DNA from: an uncultured Chitinophaga sp.
Lineage (GTDB): Bacteria; Bacteroidota; Bacteroidia; Chitinophagales; Chitinophagaceae
Direction: 5' to 3'
Length of the DNA: 64,000 nucleotides
Assembly (NCBI GenBank): GCA_964606155.1
Contig: CAZSGD010000022.1
Location: 9,410-73,409, forward strand
This document shows, in pieces, positions 29,449 to 38,234 of this stretch. The position numbers were made by a program, and so were the translations under genes. Numbering within the stretch: position 1 is the first letter of the stretch; each line of letters starts with the position of its first letter. The notes beneath the pieces are model-generated. The model had not been told where the DNA came from. It did not search any database and was given only the letters and a program-made list of their open reading frames with translations.

Positions 29449-29456
29449 TACTTTTG
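29449..29456 (+). promoter_or_regulatory. candidate -7 box TACTTTTG, 21 nt upstream of the fbp ATG
   Basis: Exact TAnnTTTG match. Confidence 0.4.
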
Positions 29457-29477
29457 TCATCACCTAAACGAGCCCAT

Positions 29478-30482
29478 ATGACTGTTAACAGAAAAGTTCA
29501 AACATTAGACGAATTCACGATCCAGCAGCTACGGGATTTTCCCCATGCCACCGGTGAGTTGTCGAACCTGCTGAGAAATATCGGACTGGCCGCCAAGCGG
29601 ATCAACGTGGAAGTGAACAAGGCCGGGCTGGTAGACATTTTGGGCGATGCCGGCACGGTAAATGTGCAGGGCGAGGAAGTAAAAAAACTGGATGTGTTTG
29701 CCAACGACCAGATGATCCGGGTATTACAGCACGGAATTAGTTGTGCGGGCATAGCCAGCGAAGAGCTGGATGATTTTGTGGCTTTCAATGATGCCAAAAG
29801 TGTGAACTCCAAATATGTCTGCCTCTTCGATCCGCTCGACGGCAGCAGCAATATTGATGTAAATGTTTCTATCGGCACCATCTTTGGCGTATATCGCCGC
29901 AAAACACCGATTGGCACCGTGGTGACAAAAGAGGATTTCCTGCAGCCGGGCAACCAGCAGGTGGCAGCAGGGTATGTGGTGTATGGATCATCCACGATGC
30001 TGGTGTATGCCACCCGCCGGGGTGTAAACGGGTTCACGCTGGACCCTTCCATCGGTGAATGGACCCTCAGCCATCCTGATATTAAATGCCCGCCCACGGG
30101 TAAACTGTATTCCGTTAACCACGGTAATTTCTTCCAGTATGATGAAGGCGTGCGGAAATATATTGATGCCTGCCAGAAAAAAGATAAATCTAACGGCGGG
30201 CCTTATACGCAACGCTATATCGGCAGCATGGTGTCGGATGTGCACCGCAACCTGATCAAGGGCGGTATCTTCATGTATCCCGGTACGGTGGACAAGCCCA
30301 AAGGAAAACTTCGTTTGCTGTATGAGTGCAATCCTTTTGCATTTATTGTAACGGTGGCCGGGGGTAAGGCCACCAATGGAAAGATCAGGATACTGGATGT
30401 GGAACCCACGGAACTGCATCAGCGCACACCGATGTTCATTGGCAGTAAATTAATGATGGAAGAATTGGAGACGCACCTCTGA
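29478..30482 (+). CDS. fbp: class 1 fructose-1,6-bisphosphatase
   Basis: TLDEFTIQQ...ATGELSNLLRNIGLAAKRI and DPLDGSSNIDVN. ATG 29478 is preferred over the track's TTG 29454. Confidence 0.92.
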   Translation: MTVNRKVQTLDEFTIQQLRDFPHATGELSNLLRNIGLAAKRINVEVNKAGLVDILGDAGTVNVQGEEVKKLDVFANDQMIRVLQHGISCAGIASEELDDFVAFNDAKSVNSKYVCLFDPLDGSSNIDVNVSIGTIFGVYRRKTPIGTVVTKEDFLQPGNQQVAAGYVVYGSSTMLVYATRRGVNGFTLDPSIGEWTLSHPDIKCPPTGKLYSVNHGNFFQYDEGVRKYIDACQKKDKSNGGPYTQRYIGSMVSDVHRNLIKGGIFMYPGTVDKPKGKLRLLYECNPFAFIVTVAGGKATNGKIRILDVEPTELHQRTPMFIGSKLMMEELETHL

Positions 30483-30506
30483 GGGTGCAACCGGAGAAAT
30501 GGAATT

Positions 30507-30962
30507 ATGATACAGATCATCCCATACAGCGAAAAATTTCACGCCGATTTCAGAAGGCTCAACCTGGAGTGGCTGGAAAAATACAACCTTGTTGAATCCC
30601 ATGACCTGGAAGTACTGGATGATCCCGAAGGAAGCGTGATCAGCAGGGGCGGATGCATTTTTATGGCCCTGGACGGGGAGAAGGCGATTGGCACGGCAGG
30701 TTTATGGAAAGAGAATGAGCAGGAGTATGAGCTGGTGAAAATGTCGGTAGATCCCGCCTACCGCGGCCAGGGGGTAAGTAAACTTTTACTGAACCGCTGT
30801 CTGGAAGAAGCTAAAGCCAACAAAGCAAAAAAGGTGTTTCTGTTTTCCAACAGCCAGTTGAAGACAGCTTTGAAATTGTACGAACAATACGGGTTCGCAC
30901 ATGTTGATGTGACAAACGCCCCCTTTCTGACGGCGGACGTGAAAATGGAATTACATTTGTAA
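30507..30962 (+). CDS. GNAT family N-acetyltransferase
   Basis: YRGQGVSKLLL acetyl-CoA binding motif. 151 aa. Confidence 0.85.
   Translation: MIQIIPYSEKFHADFRRLNLEWLEKYNLVESHDLEVLDDPEGSVISRGGCIFMALDGEKAIGTAGLWKENEQEYELVKMSVDPAYRGQGVSKLLLNRCLEEAKANKAKKVFLFSNSQLKTALKLYEQYGFAHVDVTNAPFLTADVKMELHL
30952..30959 (+). promoter_or_regulatory. candidate -7 box TACATTTG, 14 nt upstream of the dps ATG (inside the GNAT 3' end)
   Basis: Exact TAnnTTTG match. Confidence 0.35.
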
Positions 30963-30973
30963 AAATACCTTCC

Positions 30974-31450
30974 ATGGCAAAACTTAATGCAATTGGTCTC
31001 GACGAGCAGCAGGGCAGGAAATTGTCGGACCTGCTCAATGACCTCTTATCCAATTACCAGTTGTTTTACATGAATGCCCGTGGCTATCATTGGAATATCC
31101 GGGGGGATAAATTTTTTGAGCTGCACGTCAAGTTTGAAGAATTGTATAACGACAGCCTGCTGAAGATCGATGAGATCGCAGAAAGGATATTGACATTGGG
31201 TCATGTGCCGGTGCACTCGTTCACAGATTATGTTGCAAAATCGACCATTAAAGAAGTGAAGAATGTAAAAGACGGCAAAAAAGCGATACAGAATATTTTA
31301 GACGGGTTCAAAGTACTGATCGGCATTGAAAGAAAGCTGCTGGACCTTTCTGATTCGGCAGGTGACGAAGGTACAAATGCACTGATGAGTGATTACCTGA
31401 GGCAGCAGGAGAAACTGGTTTGGATGTATTCAGCCTGGTTAAATAAATAA
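30974..31450 (+). CDS. dps: Dps family DNA starvation/stationary-phase protection protein
   Basis: LLSNYQLFYMNARGYHWNIRG..FFELHVKFEE. Confidence 0.9.
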   Translation: MAKLNAIGLDEQQGRKLSDLLNDLLSNYQLFYMNARGYHWNIRGDKFFELHVKFEELYNDSLLKIDEIAERILTLGHVPVHSFTDYVAKSTIKEVKNVKDGKKAIQNILDGFKVLIGIERKLLDLSDSAGDEGTNALMSDYLRQQEKLVWMYSAWLNK

Positions 31451-31452
31451 GC

Positions 31453-32214
31453 ATGAACAAAACGATCATATCTGTCAGGGACCTGGTAAAGAACTACGGT
31501 AATTTCCATGCCGTCAAAGGCATCAGCTTTGATGTGTACGAAGGGGAGATATTCGGTTTGTTGGGTCCCAATGGGGCCGGTAAATCCACTACACTGGAAA
31601 TCATTGAGACGCTCCGGGAAAAAACATCCGGTGAGGTGATAGTGGATGGACTAAACCTGGATAAATCACCCAACGAGATCAAGAAGGTAATTGGGGTGCA
31701 ATTACAGACCAGCGGGTATTACCCCGGCCTGAATCTTATTCAGCTCATTCAATTATTCTGTGGTTTGTATAACCGGGATGTGCAGCCGATGGACCTTTTG
31801 GACATGGTAAACCTGAAAGACAAGGCCAAAGCAAAATTCAAAGAATTAAGTGGCGGGCAAAAACAACGCTTCTCGGTGGCTACCACACTGATCAACGATC
31901 CAAGGGTCATTTTTTTAGATGAGCCCACCACGGGCCTTGATCCGCAGGCGAGGAGGAGCTTATGGGAATTAGTAAAAAATATCCGCGACCGGGGTACAAC
32001 CGTGATCATCACCACACATTACATGGATGAAGCGGAATATCTTTGCGACAGGGTGGCCATCATCGATGCGGGTAAGATCATTGCCCTGAACAGCCCCGAT
32101 AAACTGATCGATAACCTCGTTGCCACTGGTTTTGAAAGACCTAAAGAAATGAAAAAAGCGAACCTGGAAGATGTGTTTATTAATTTAACCGGACATTCGT
32201 TGAGAGAGGGGTAG
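31453..32214 (+). CDS. ABC transporter ATP-binding protein (no adjacent permease)
   Basis: Walker A GPNGAGKST, signature LSGGQKQR, Walker B IFLDEPT. Confidence 0.9.
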   Translation: MNKTIISVRDLVKNYGNFHAVKGISFDVYEGEIFGLLGPNGAGKSTTLEIIETLREKTSGEVIVDGLNLDKSPNEIKKVIGVQLQTSGYYPGLNLIQLIQLFCGLYNRDVQPMDLLDMVNLKDKAKAKFKELSGGQKQRFSVATTLINDPRVIFLDEPTTGLDPQARRSLWELVKNIRDRGTTVIITTHYMDEAEYLCDRVAIIDAGKIIALNSPDKLIDNLVATGFERPKEMKKANLEDVFINLTGHSLREG

Positions 32215-32215
32215 T

Positions 32216-32313
32216 GGAATTTTCGATTTGGTATTTGCTATTTGGTATTTGGAATTTGTGATTTACTATTTGTAATTAGTACGGACCAAGCTCGCAGCTC
32301 TTAGCTCAAAGCC
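32216..32313. repeat. two consecutive degenerate heptamer arrays
   Basis: The first array is nine NNNATTT units: GGAATTT TCGATTT GGTATTT GCTATTT GGTATTT GGAATTT GTGATTT ACTATTT GTAATTA. The second is AGCTCGC AGCTCTT AGCTCAA. The first array begins 2 nt after the ABC gene stop. Confidence 0.9.
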
Positions 32314-32347
32314 TGAATTTCTGAACAAATAAGTATTAAGTAACTGT

Positions 32348-32788
32348 ATGAGTATTCAAAATAAACTGAAAGATTTTATGACAGGAAAACTGGATAAACA
32401 AAAAGAAGAAGGCCGGGCCTTTCTGCTTGCCAACAAAACAAGGGAAGCTGTGGTGGAATTACCGGAGGGCATGCAATACCTGGTGCTGAAAGAGGGAACT
32501 GGGGCACAACCGAATGCCGGCGATTCAGTGAAAGCGCATTATAAGGGAAGCCTGCTGGATGGAAAAGAGTTTGATAACTCCTTCAAGCGGGGTGCTCCTT
32601 TCTCTGCCCCCCTTCGGGCACTCATCAAAGGCTGGCAGATCGCTTTGCCGCTGATGAAAGAAGGAAGCCACTGGCGGTTATGGATACCATCCGATCTGGC
32701 CTATGGCGACAGGGGAGCCGGCAGCGATATTCCCGGCGGGGCTACATTGATATTTGAAGTGGAATTAATTGAAGTACTAAGAAAATAA
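32348..32788 (+). CDS. FKBP-type peptidyl-prolyl cis-trans isomerase
   Basis: YKGSLLDGKEFDNSF..., IKGWQIALPLM and PGGATLIFEVELIEV. Confidence 0.9.
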   Translation: MSIQNKLKDFMTGKLDKQKEEGRAFLLANKTREAVVELPEGMQYLVLKEGTGAQPNAGDSVKAHYKGSLLDGKEFDNSFKRGAPFSAPLRALIKGWQIALPLMKEGSHWRLWIPSDLAYGDRGAGSDIPGGATLIFEVELIEVLRK

Positions 32789-32793
32789 TTGTT

Positions 32794-33333
32794 ATGCCAG
32801 CTATTGCAACAGATCTGCGTTATCCTATCGGGCAGTATGAGCCAAGGCCATTTTCTATTGAACAAAAAATAGAATGGCTGGCCGACCTGAAATTTTTACC
32901 GGAACATTTGGAGCATGCCATCCTGAATCTCGATGAAGTACAACTGCACACCCCTTACCGGGAAGGAGGTTGGACCATACACCAGGTGGTGCACCATGTG
33001 GCGGATAGTCATATGAACGCTTATTGCCGATTTAAAGTGACTTTGACAGAGGATAACCCTACCCTGAAAACGTATGAAGAGCAATTATGGGCGGAAATGT
33101 ATGATGTGAAAAAACTTCCTGTCAACATATCGATCACGCTATTACATGCCCTGCATGCCCGCTGGTATGAATCATTGAAAGAAGTTTCAGATAATGAGTG
33201 GAATAACAAGACGGCCTATCATCCGGGCCTTAAAAAGACGGTGCGCCTCTGGTACCTGCTGGGTATGTATGCCTGGCATGGAAAGCACCATGTGGCACAT
33301 ATTACTTCGCTGAGAGACAGAAAAGGATGGTAG
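32794..33333 (+). CDS. DinB/YfiT family metal-dependent protein (putative bacillithiol transferase)
   Basis: HQVVHHVADSH and WHGKHHVAHI, the histidine triad of the YfiT/BstA family. Confidence 0.78.
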   Translation: MPAIATDLRYPIGQYEPRPFSIEQKIEWLADLKFLPEHLEHAILNLDEVQLHTPYREGGWTIHQVVHHVADSHMNAYCRFKVTLTEDNPTLKTYEEQLWAEMYDVKKLPVNISITLLHALHARWYESLKEVSDNEWNNKTAYHPGLKKTVRLWYLLGMYAWHGKHHVAHITSLRDRKGW

Positions 33334-33346
33334 TGAGCAGAGGAAA

Positions 33347-33392
33347 GATAATAGATAATAGATAATAGATGATAGTTAATAGTTAATAGTTG
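33347..33392. repeat. degenerate heptamer array
   Basis: GATAATA x3, GATGATA, GTTAATA x2. It starts 14 nt after the stop at 33333. Confidence 0.9.
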
Positions 33393-33405
33393 GGAAATCT
33401 GTATT

Positions 33406-33954
33406 ATGAAATGGAAGGTCCTTTCTTCAGCGTATCTTTTTAACGATCAGTGGTTCAAAGTGCGCAGGGATACCTGCGAAACGCCGGATGGTAAGATCGT
33501 TTCACCGTATTATGTATACGAGTTTCCTCCCTGGGCGGCTGCGTTGGGCATCACCGAAGAGGGGAAGATCGTCATGGTCCGGCAATACCGCCATGCTTTG
33601 GGTGAGGTTTGTACAGAGCTGCCTGGTGGCTGCGTGGATGATACAGATAAGAATTATGACGCGGCTATTGCCCGCGAGCTGCTGGAAGAAACCGGTTATG
33701 AATTTTCTGAATGGCATTACCTGGGGCGCATTTCTGCCAACCCTTCCACTAATAATAATTTACTGCATATGTACCTGGCCACAGGAGGAAAGAAAGTGGC
33801 AGAACAAAAGCTGGATCCGAACGAGGAGATTGAGGTATTGCTGCTGAGTATGGATGAACTGAAGCAATTATTGCGGGAGAACAAGATCATCCAGGGCATG
33901 CATGTTTCCTGTATCATGTATGCTTTAATGAAGCTGAATGAATGGAAGTATTGA
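33406..33954 (+). CDS. NUDIX hydrolase
   Basis: Nudix box GGCVDD...AIARELLEETG. Confidence 0.85.
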   Translation: MKWKVLSSAYLFNDQWFKVRRDTCETPDGKIVSPYYVYEFPPWAAALGITEEGKIVMVRQYRHALGEVCTELPGGCVDDTDKNYDAAIARELLEETGYEFSEWHYLGRISANPSTNNNLLHMYLATGGKKVAEQKLDPNEEIEVLLLSMDELKQLLRENKIIQGMHVSCIMYALMKLNEWKY

Positions 33955-35233
33955 CTTCACCCACCAGGAATACACTACCGCAGATAAGGACCAGGTCGTC
34001 CGCATGTGCTTTTTGCAAAACAGCCTGCAGCGCCTCATTCACCTCCGGGAAAATTGTTCCTTTTAAATGAACTTTTGCCGCATGCCGGGCCAGTTCATCC
34101 TCCGGCATGGCCCGGGGTATTTGTGCACGTGTAAAATAATACACAGCATTTTTGGGAAGCAACGCCAATACTTTTTCCACTTCTTTATCTTTTACCATGC
34201 CCAGTATGATATGCAGCTGCCGGTGTTCCGTTACTTCCACCTGCTGCACCAGTTGCTGCATACCATCCACATTATGCGCCACATCCAATACTACCAAAGG
34301 AGAGTAATGTATCACTTCCCACCGGCCATGCAAACCGGTTATTTTTTTGGCATGTCTTAACCCTTTATCCAAAGCATCAACAGGTATGTTCCAGCCGGCC
34401 CGCTGAAGCTGATATACGGCCTCCAGTACGGTGAGTAAATTTTTAACCTGGTAAATACCTGTAAGGTCTGCATGGTAATGTTTATGATCGGTATGTCGTT
34501 CTTCTTCCACCTGCACTATCAGTACATTTTTTTCCCTGGACCAGTCGGTCACCTGTCTTTTTTTAGAAGCATAGGTAATAGGTGAACCTTTCTCTGCCGC
34601 AGTTTTTTCAAACACGTATATTGTTTCCGGCAATACTTCACCCAGCACCACCGGTATCCCGGGCTTGATAATACCTGCTTTTTCGGATGCAATTTTTTCC
34701 AGTGTGTCGCCCAGTATATTCATGTGGTCCCACCCGATATTAGTGATCACTGATAATACCGGGGTGATAATATTCGTGCTGTCCAGCCGGCCTCCCAAAC
34801 CTGTTTCAATCACAGCAATGTCCACTTTTTCCCTGGCAAAATGATCAAAAGCCATGGCGACTGTCAATTCAAAAAAACTGGGTTCTATCTCATCGATCAG
34901 GGGTATGGCTTTTTCTGTAAACTCCACTACTGTTTCTTCGGGGATCATCTTTCCATCTACTTTGATCCTTTCACGGAAATCTTTCAAATGAGGGGAGGTG
35001 TAGAGCCCTGTTTTATAACCGGCACTTTGCAGGATAGCTGCAAGCATGTGACTTACCGATCCTTTACCATTGGTACCTGCAACATGGATGCTCTTAAACT
35101 GGTGATGAGGATTACCAAGTGCATCACAAAGCTGAATGGTATTGACGAGATCATGTTTAATAGCAGCTGCGCCAATCCTGCTGAACATGGGCAGGCGGTT
35201 ATATAAATAGTCAATGGTTTGCGGGTAATTCAT
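33914..35233 (-). CDS. folC: bifunctional folylpolyglutamate synthase / dihydrofolate synthase
   Basis: HVAGTNGKGSV P-loop. I prefer the internal ATG at 35233 (MNYPQTIDYLY), which sits 5 nt from a -7 box. The 3' end overlaps the convergent NUDIX gene by 41 nt. Confidence 0.88.
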   Translation of the reverse strand: MNYPQTIDYLYNRLPMFSRIGAAAIKHDLVNTIQLCDALGNPHHQFKSIHVAGTNGKGSVSHMLAAILQSAGYKTGLYTSPHLKDFRERIKVDGKMIPEETVVEFTEKAIPLIDEIEPSFFELTVAMAFDHFAREKVDIAVIETGLGGRLDSTNIITPVLSVITNIGWDHMNILGDTLEKIASEKAGIIKPGIPVVLGEVLPETIYVFEKTAAEKGSPITYASKKRQVTDWSREKNVLIVQVEEERHTDHKHYHADLTGIYQVKNLLTVLEAVYQLQRAGWNIPVDALDKGLRHAKKITGLHGRWEVIHYSPLVVLDVAHNVDGMQQLVQQVEVTEHRQLHIILGMVKDKEVEKVLALLPKNAVYYFTRAQIPRAMPEDELARHAAKVHLKGTIFPEVNEALQAVLQKAHADDLVLICGSVFLVGEVNTSIHSASLKHT

Positions 35234-35238
35234 CCCCG

Positions 35239-35246
35239 CAAATGTA
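35239..35246 (-). promoter_or_regulatory. candidate -7 box TACATTTG, 5 nt upstream of the folC ATG at 35233
   Basis: Exact TAnnTTTG match on the minus strand. Confidence 0.4.
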
Positions 35247-35318
35247 TTAAAAAGACAAGCCTGCAAATGAAAAAGCCACCCGTTTGAAACGAATGGCTTT
35301 TAAAATTTATATAGCGGG

Positions 35319-36185
35319 TTATTGAACTTCAAAATTGAATCGTACCGTTACCATCGATTCGTGATCTGATTTATCAAAACGGATATTTTGTAGGTATTGG
35401 ATGATCGCATCCTTATAGGCCGAACCACTGCTGGAGGAACCTTTCGCGATGCTCACAAATTTTCCCATGCCCTCAGGAGAAACACTAACATTGGCATAGA
35501 TCGTTGCCTTGTCCAGGTCGCCGGTAAAGGAGTAATAACGAACGATCTTCCTGTCGCCGCCCATTACTTTAGGGCCATTGCCGCCCCCGGTACCCGAACC
35601 ATTACCACCACCATGGCCAGTGCCGGTACCGCCACCCGTGCCACTACCATTGCCCACACCGTAACCCGTACCGCGTCCGCCACTTTTTTCATAATCATCA
35701 GCAGCCCCGCCACCTTTGCCTGTACCGGTCGTTGTTTTGCCTAACACGGCTTTCGGTCTGGGGGGAGCAGGTGTTTCAATCACCGGTTTGGGTTCTGTTT
35801 TAGCCACAGAATGGTTGGTCACCTTTGTAGCCGCAGGTTTAGGCACATCGGGCTTGGCCAAAGCAGGGCTTTCTTTATCATCATGTTCTTCCACATCTCT
35901 TGATTCTTCCTTATCTCCCGGAACGGGAGGTACATAAGGGGCAACACCAGGTGCACCTGCGGCCTGAACCGGGTTACCACCTCCACCACCACCTTCAGCA
36001 AGGACCGGGGGATCTTCAGGAAGGTTCAGCTCCACTTCAATAGCTCCAAACAGGTCGGGTTTTTCGAATACAGGGAGCTTCCATTTCCACAAAAACATCA
36101 GTACGATCATCAGCACGGCAAAACCCGCAGTGATCATAGAAGCCTCATTTCTGTGCTTTCTTTCTTCCTCAAGGGATGCAGACAT
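35319..36185 (-). CDS. TonB-like energy transducer (Pro-rich and Gly-rich linker)
   Basis: N-terminal TM helix ITAGFAVLMIVLMFLW, Pro-rich spacer, and a C-terminal ~90-aa domain. The track start at 36203 lies 1 nt from a -7 box, so I prefer ATG 36185 (MSASLEE). Confidence 0.6.
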   Translation of the reverse strand: MSASLEEERKHRNEASMITAGFAVLMIVLMFLWKWKLPVFEKPDLFGAIEVELNLPEDPPVLAEGGGGGGNPVQAAGAPGVAPYVPPVPGDKEESRDVEEHDDKESPALAKPDVPKPAATKVTNHSVAKTEPKPVIETPAPPRPKAVLGKTTTGTGKGGGAADDYEKSGGRGTGYGVGNGSGTGGGTGTGHGGGNGSGTGGGNGPKVMGGDRKIVRYYSFTGDLDKATIYANVSVSPEGMGKFVSIAKGSSSSGSAYKDAIIQYLQNIRFDKSDHESMVTVRFNFEVQ

Positions 36186-36204
36186 GGTGTAAGCTTTGTT
36201 CATA

Positions 36205-36212
36205 CAAAAGTA
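36205..36212 (-). promoter_or_regulatory. candidate -7 box TACTTTTG
   Basis: Exact TAnnTTTG match on the minus strand, 19 nt upstream of ATG 36185. Confidence 0.35.
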
Positions 36213-36510
36213 GTTTTGTGTGCTTTGGTGTGGAAATCAATGTTTTTCACACCTGTTAGTAACGAAGCAAATGACGTGCAACTTGTGTAAAAAGGGATAT
36301 AGAAAATGTTAAGATTGCCAGGATCGGGCATTTTCCGCAGGGGAAGCTCAGAACTTTCCGTGAAAAACCCGGATCGGGGTATTTTTTACGGCCCAGGGAT
36401 GATGGGCTCTGCCTCATTTCACTATACATGCTCACTAAAACCCATCATTTAAATGGCAGCATTTTTGAGCTTCATACATACGGATCGTTTATTCATTTAA
36501 AATAAGGGTT

Positions 36511-37008
36511 ATGAAAATATCAGTTGATCAACTGAGAAAAGCCACATGGCTTCCATTAATGATGGTCATCACAGCGTTGTTGCTGACCGGCTGCAGTAAA
36601 GACAACCTGGATGATAACGAAACAGATCCCGGTCAGTCTTATACAGTGCGGGGTGATGCTGATGGCGCCAAAGTAGTTCCTGCTGTCAGCACCAGCGGTA
36701 CCGCTTTATTAACCGGTACTTATTATAAAGGGTCCAATAAACTGGATTACGAGATCACCTGGACATCTCTTTCAGGTACCGCCATGGCCATCGGGTTTCG
36801 CGGGCCAGCTTTGGAAGGGGAGAATGGCGCTCTGCTTTTTTCTGTCGATATCAGTGCTGGGGCCACAGCAGGTACCAGGGGCGGCAGTATTACATTGACA
36901 GATCAGCAGGAAGGGGATTTTATGCTGGGTAAACATTATTTCACAATCATTACCAGTGCAGAACCGAATGGTGAAGTGAGAGGGCAAATATTTCCGCTCA
37001 TACGGTAG
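36511..37008 (+). CDS. CHRD domain-containing lipoprotein
   Basis: Lipobox LLTGC. LDYEITWTSLSG...GFRGPALEGENG and NGEVRGQI resemble CHRD motifs. Confidence 0.65.
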   Translation: MKISVDQLRKATWLPLMMVITALLLTGCSKDNLDDNETDPGQSYTVRGDADGAKVVPAVSTSGTALLTGTYYKGSNKLDYEITWTSLSGTAMAIGFRGPALEGENGALLFSVDISAGATAGTRGGSITLTDQQEGDFMLGKHYFTIITSAEPNGEVRGQIFPLIR

Positions 37009-37040
37009 GAATACTCTGAAATTTAATTTTATAAAGAGTG

Positions 37041-38228
37041 TCAATATACCCCCGGGTCATTACCACCTTTGATAAAAGATCTGTACAGGAAGCATAAGCC
37101 AATAAGTGGCCCCGGTGCTAATAACATAAATATGGCGGCGGAACCAGAAATATTTGCCAGTGCATAATTCAATAGCTGTACACTCAGGATTGTGATACTA
37201 AACCCGATACTGATGACGAGGGTGAGAGCGGTACCCTTATATGATGGCGGCGCTGTGGCAGCCACGAGGGTGGAAAATTGCGGTGAATCGGCTACGACAG
37301 ACATCCCCCAGATCAACATAAACAGGATAAACAAGGCCTGCGGTAATGATGGTATCAAAAAAGACAACAGGCAACATATACCGGATACCAGTAACGCATA
37401 GAAGGCAACAAAGGCATTCCCTTTTTTTTGTGATAAATATCCTCCGGCCACACAACTAAGCGCACCTGAGGCAATAATCAGAAAAGTAAATAAAGAAACA
37501 GGTATGCCTGCGGTCCTGTTCATCAGGATCAGGGGGGGAATAAATGCCCAAAAAGTATAGAGTTCCCACATATGACCAAAATAACCAATGGCTGCACTGC
37601 GGAATGGCTTTGACTGAAATATTTGAATCAGGTTGCGGGGATGGAAACTGTCGCTTTTTTTTCGATGAGGCCCGTCTTTTACCAACAGCAGCATCAAAAA
37701 ACCGCCCAGCATTGCAAATAAAGAAGTAAGATGTATGATCGTTTGCCAGTGCCACTGAACGGAAAAGCTGCGCAACAAATGCGGAAACGCGGTGCCTAAC
37801 ACCAGGGCCCCCAACAGATAACCCAGCGCTTTGCCTAATCCTTTTTCATACCAATCGGAAGCGATCTTCATGCCCACCGGGTAAATGCCGGCAATAAAAA
37901 ACCCCGTAAGAAAACGTATCAGCATTAATAAAGCGCCATCAGGAGGTATCCATATTACACCCAGGTTGGCAAAAGATGCGATGAAGGATGATACAAAAAA
38001 AATGCGGGTGGGGGAAAAGCGGTCAACTATCGATAACAGGGCAAAGATCAGTGTGCCGGTGATAAACCCAAATTGTACGGCAGAAGTAATGTTGGCAATG
38101 GCATTCTTTCCCAAACCAAAACTGGCTTGTATATCCGGCAGGATGGCATTGCCTGCAAACCATAGAGAGGTGCCGGCAAATTGCGACAGTACAATTAGAG
38201 GCAGTATTCGTTTTGGTATGGTTGACAA
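37041..38228 (-). CDS. MFS transporter
   Basis: 395 aa with about 12 hydrophobic segments. Confidence 0.8.
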   Translation of the reverse strand: MSTIPKRILPLIVLSQFAGTSLWFAGNAILPDIQASFGLGKNAIANITSAVQFGFITGTLIFALLSIVDRFSPTRIFFVSSFIASFANLGVIWIPPDGALLMLIRFLTGFFIAGIYPVGMKIASDWYEKGLGKALGYLLGALVLGTAFPHLLRSFSVQWHWQTIIHLTSLFAMLGGFLMLLLVKDGPHRKKSDSFHPRNLIQIFQSKPFRSAAIGYFGHMWELYTFWAFIPPLILMNRTAGIPVSLFTFLIIASGALSCVAGGYLSQKKGNAFVAFYALLVSGICCLLSFLIPSLPQALFILFMLIWGMSVVADSPQFSTLVAATAPPSYKGTALTLVISIGFSITILSVQLLNYALANISGSAAIFMLLAPGPLIGLCFLYRSFIKGGNDPGVY

Positions 38229-38234
38229 GTAATA

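Noticed and set aside
31453-32214. ABC ATPase as CcmA of the cytochrome c maturation system.
   Set aside because: It lies about 13 kb from ccmE/ccmF on the opposite strand and is coupled to dps. No ccmB or ccmC neighbour exists, and generic ABC motifs cannot assign it to CcmA.
33914-33954. 41-nt convergent overlap of the NUDIX and folC 3' ends as an unusual antisense arrangement.
   Set aside because: Short convergent 3' overlaps are common in compact genomes, and nothing else marks the site.
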